Of a DNA stretch of 64,000 bases, positions 59,003-64,000 are shown in pieces (positions within the stretch are counted from its first letter, which is position 1; the number at the start of each line of letters is the position of its first letter). Under the pieces are notes generated by a model. That model had not been told where the DNA came from. It ran no database searches and saw nothing but the letters and a program-made list of their open reading frames with translations. Source of the DNA: Candidatus Aminicenantes bacterium (lineage in GTDB: Bacteria > Acidobacteriota > Aminicenantia > Aminicenantales > UBA4085); the NCBI GenBank assembly GCA_963715635.1, contig OY970261.1, forward strand, positions 1,994,471 to 2,058,470, given 5' to 3'. The translations under genes were made by a program, and so were the position numbers.

Positions 59003-61778
59003 ACCGAAGATTCTCCACCAGCCACAAGTCCTGAACGGAATGATCGACTTGTACATAGAGCAAGAACGTTTCGTCAGGTGAAACGGAGAGGCTGGGCCAA
59101 ATGATAAAGCCCACAGGCTTCCGGATTGTAGCTAGTTCCTTTTCTTCGCCGGTTGCGAGATTGAGAAGCCGGATAGAGGTGGTACCATCATCATTCGGTT
59201 TTCCAAAATAGATTCCATTTTTCATCACGGCATATCCTTTTTCAGACCGTAAGACTCTCTGCTCCTCTCCCCCGCCCAATGGAACGCTCCATAAGCCGTC
59301 TCCTTCTTTCGCGTAATAGATACGCGTTCTATCAACGGCCTCAAAAGCAACGGACCAACCCCCGTGCTTCGTTAGCTGAACCGCAATCCCTCTCTCGGCC
59401 GGCATCTTCCAGATCTCCCACTGTGAGGTGCGGTTCGAGACGAAATAGATCCAGCGGCCGTCCCGCGACCAGCTGGGGAATATCTCAACAGAAGGTTCGG
59501 TTGTAAGGCGGCGTGGTACCCCTCCTTGGGCATTGATCACAAAGATGTCGCTGTTGCCTTCGGGGCGAGCATCAAAAGCAATCTGCTGGCCATCAAGGGA
59601 CCATCGCGGGCTACCCACCAGCATGCTTCGGAAAGAAGTCAACTGCAGGGCGTTGGCGCCATCGCTGTCACACACCCAGATTTCCCAATGTCCCGATCGA
59701 TTCGAAGCAAAGGCGATCCGTTTGCCGTCGGGAGAGAAGTCAGGGCTCACGTCCTCCCTTGTAGATTTGATTAACAGCGATGAGATTCCGCGCCGGCCAG
59801 CGGGACCTATTACCTCCATCCTCCAGATGTTTGTGTCCACGAGATTTGCGCTGAACGCCAGCCGAGGAGCACCCTCCGGGCCTTGGCGAGACACACCAGG
59901 GATGACGTTCCTGCCCTGAGTGTCCAGTATCTTTTTCTGTTTTCCTCCGGAGGCGGGAATCTCCCACAAAGCGGAGCTGCCGTCACGCTCGGAAGAGAAC
60001 AAGATACTGCGCCCATGAGGCATATATACTGGTCCGCGGTTCAAGCGACTATCGAAAGTGAGACGCTTGGGGTCTCCGCCGGTCACGGGCACTGCATATA
60101 GGTCGGACACATAATTGCCAGACCATCGGACAAAGACGATGTGGCGGCCGTCAGGAGAAAACGCCGGCGAGTTATCCCAGAACTCCGTGGTCAACTGCGT
60201 CCTCTCTCCCGTCTCGATTGAGACCAAATAGATTTTGTAGCCAGGTTCCCTGGCGGGCGAACTGTCCGCTAGGACCAGGGATTTTCCGTCCAGAGACCAG
60301 TCGAGCGCGCGATCCCCCATGCTAGGGGAGAAATAGTCGGTCAAGCGGCGCTCGGGGCCACCCAACGGGGAGACCGCGAAAATACCGCTGTTAAGGCGAA
60401 CATAGGCAATCTGACTGCCGTCGGGAGACCAAGCGGGGCAGCGTTCCGAAGCCGGATCACGGGTCAGGCGAAGCGGCGTCGTTGAATCCACCCGCATGAC
60501 GAAGATATCGAAATTATCCCCATTTTCGCCGCTCCAACTGAACGCGATCTGCTTGCCATCCGGGGATACCGCAGGATCCCTCTCGATTCCAGGATAACTG
60601 GTCAAAGGGACAGCCCTCGGAGCACCGGCCGGCGCCTGAGATGGCGGGCCTAACACTCGCCACAACAGCCCTGCGCCGACCACGAGCACCAATGCGAGTC
60701 CTGCTACCCACAGCAGCCTCAGGCGTCGCCTCGGCTTTGTGGAACCCTCCGCTTCCATCGCGCCGGAATCAGACTCCTCCTTGACTTCCATTAAAGCAAC
60801 TCTGAGATCCGCCATTGTCTGAAAACGACGCTCCGGGTCCTTCCGCAGGCACCGCTTGACAATCCGCTCCACCTCCTTGGGCAGGCCTTCAACGATCTGG
60901 CTGGCCGGCTGGGGATCCTCGCGCAGGATCGCGGCGATTGTTGAGACCTTCGTGTCGCCCTGAAAGGCTCTCCGGCCAGTTAGCATTTCGTATAGCACGG
61001 ACCCGAAGCTGAAGATATCTGAGCGAGCGTCTACCTCCTTGCCCTCCGTCTGCTCCGGCGACATGTAAGCGACGGTGCCGACGATCTTGCCCTCTTCGGT
61101 CGCCGGCCTCATCGTGCGCGTAGCGTCGTCCTGGGCAGGCGGAAGCGCCGGCCCCACCGCCACCTCGGTGAGTTTCGCTAGGCCGAAGTCTAGGACTTTC
61201 GCCAGCCCGTGCTCGTCCACCATGATGTTGCCGGGCTTCAGGTCGCGATGAATGATGCCAGCGGAATGCGCGCGGCTCAGCGCATCGGCCAATTGCATCG
61301 CATAGCTCAACGCCTCGTTCAGCTTCAGTCCCTTGCGGCCGATCAGTTCATCGAGCGTCCGTCCGTCAACGAACTCCATGGCAATAAAGTCCATTCCGTC
61401 CGCTTGGTCAATGTCATAGATGTGAATGATGTTGGGGTGATTTAAAGCTGATGCAGCCTTAGCCTCTTGGATAAACCGCAGTTTGCGCCTTGGATCGGAG
61501 ACTTTCTCGCGCGGAAGGACCTTGATGGCGGCAAAACGGTTCAGGCGAGTATCGCGGGCTTTATACACGACACCCATGCCTCCCTCGCCGATCTTCTCAA
61601 TAACCTGGTAGCGGCCGGCTAATGTCGAGCCGGATGTCAGTTCTTTAACGGGCGTTTGGACAGCCTCCGCAAGAGAAGCAGAGATTTTTTCTGACGATTG
61701 AAGTGAGGCGGCACAATGACTGCAAAATCTTGCCGGCTCTGGATTCTCAGCCTGACACTTCGGGCACTTGATGGCCAA
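59001..61778 (-). CDS. membrane Ser/Thr protein kinase with TolB-like (PD40) beta-propeller
   Basis: CPKC..CSHC; IGEGGMGVV, HRDLKPGN, DFGLAK, GTVAYMSPEQ; TM; repeated P.xSPDG..IAF blades. Confidence 0.92.
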   Translation of the reverse strand: MAIKCPKCQAENPEPARFCSHCAASLQSSEKISASLAEAVQTPVKELTSGSTLAGRYQVIEKIGEGGMGVVYKARDTRLNRFAAIKVLPREKVSDPRRKLRFIQEAKAASALNHPNIIHIYDIDQADGMDFIAMEFVDGRTLDELIGRKGLKLNEALSYAMQLADALSRAHSAGIIHRDLKPGNIMVDEHGLAKVLDFGLAKLTEVAVGPALPPAQDDATRTMRPATEEGKIVGTVAYMSPEQTEGKEVDARSDIFSFGSVLYEMLTGRRAFQGDTKVSTIAAILREDPQPASQIVEGLPKEVERIVKRCLRKDPERRFQTMADLRVALMEVKEESDSGAMEAEGSTKPRRRLRLLWVAGLALVLVVGAGLLWRVLGPPSQAPAGAPRAVPLTSYPGIERDPAVSPDGKQIAFSWSGENGDNFDIFVMRVDSTTPLRLTRDPASERCPAWSPDGSQIAYVRLNSGIFAVSPLGGPERRLTDYFSPSMGDRALDWSLDGKSLVLADSSPAREPGYKIYLVSIETGERTQLTTEFWDNSPAFSPDGRHIVFVRWSGNYVSDLYAVPVTGGDPKRLTFDSRLNRGPVYMPHGRSILFSSERDGSSALWEIPASGGKQKKILDTQGRNVIPGVSRQGPEGAPRLAFSANLVDTNIWRMEVIGPAGRRGISSLLIKSTREDVSPDFSPDGKRIAFASNRSGHWEIWVCDSDGANALQLTSFRSMLVGSPRWSLDGQQIAFDARPEGNSDIFVINAQGGVPRRLTTEPSVEIFPSWSRDGRWIYFVSNRTSQWEIWKMPAERGIAVQLTKHGGWSVAFEAVDRTRIYYAKEGDGLWSVPLGGGEEQRVLRSEKGYAVMKNGIYFGKPNDDGTTSIRLLNLATGEEKELATIRKPVGFIIWPSLSVSPDETFLLYVQVDHSVQDLWLVENLR

Positions 61779-61808
61779 TGCCGACCCCTTTCCTATTCAT
61801 GTTTAATC

Positions 61809-64000
<2,192 letters not shown>

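Overview
GC-rich bacterial chromosome segment. Gene content, especially the expanded zinc-ribbon/Ser-Thr kinase/TPR family ending in '[20 protein letters not shown]', suggests Ca. Aminicenantes (Acidobacteriota); this is inference. Bases 1-49.8 kb are core-like: a DUF6067/GH123-like gene, a GT-C glycosyltransferase, a pseudouridine synthase, MacB-type permeases, AlaX, a short RNase HIII, a NuoF-like/NuoG-like/NfnB/CoA-transferase/NfnA redox cluster, an EF-P with an unusual PGRWK loop, an SPT-like enzyme paired with a CerR-like reductase, fabH, tatD, yajQ, a polyprenyl synthase, rpoZ, rmuC, a K+ channel, tRNA-Lys(CTT) and tRNA-Arg(CCG). From 49.8 kb to the right edge is an integrase-less accessory island anchored on tRNA-Arg(CCG). 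The tRNA's 5' half plus promoter is duplicated and flanked by arm-type and IHF-like motifs. The island reads as an array of co-oriented genes in which three unrelated exported-protein genes (ADA2-like, kinase-like, SnoaL-like) are each followed by a decayed copy of the Ser/Thr-kinase C-terminal tail, and one also carries the kinase-type promoter. This is the most striking unexplained structure and a candidate gene-swapping cassette system. A 315-bp nested palindromic element lies upstream of fabH.
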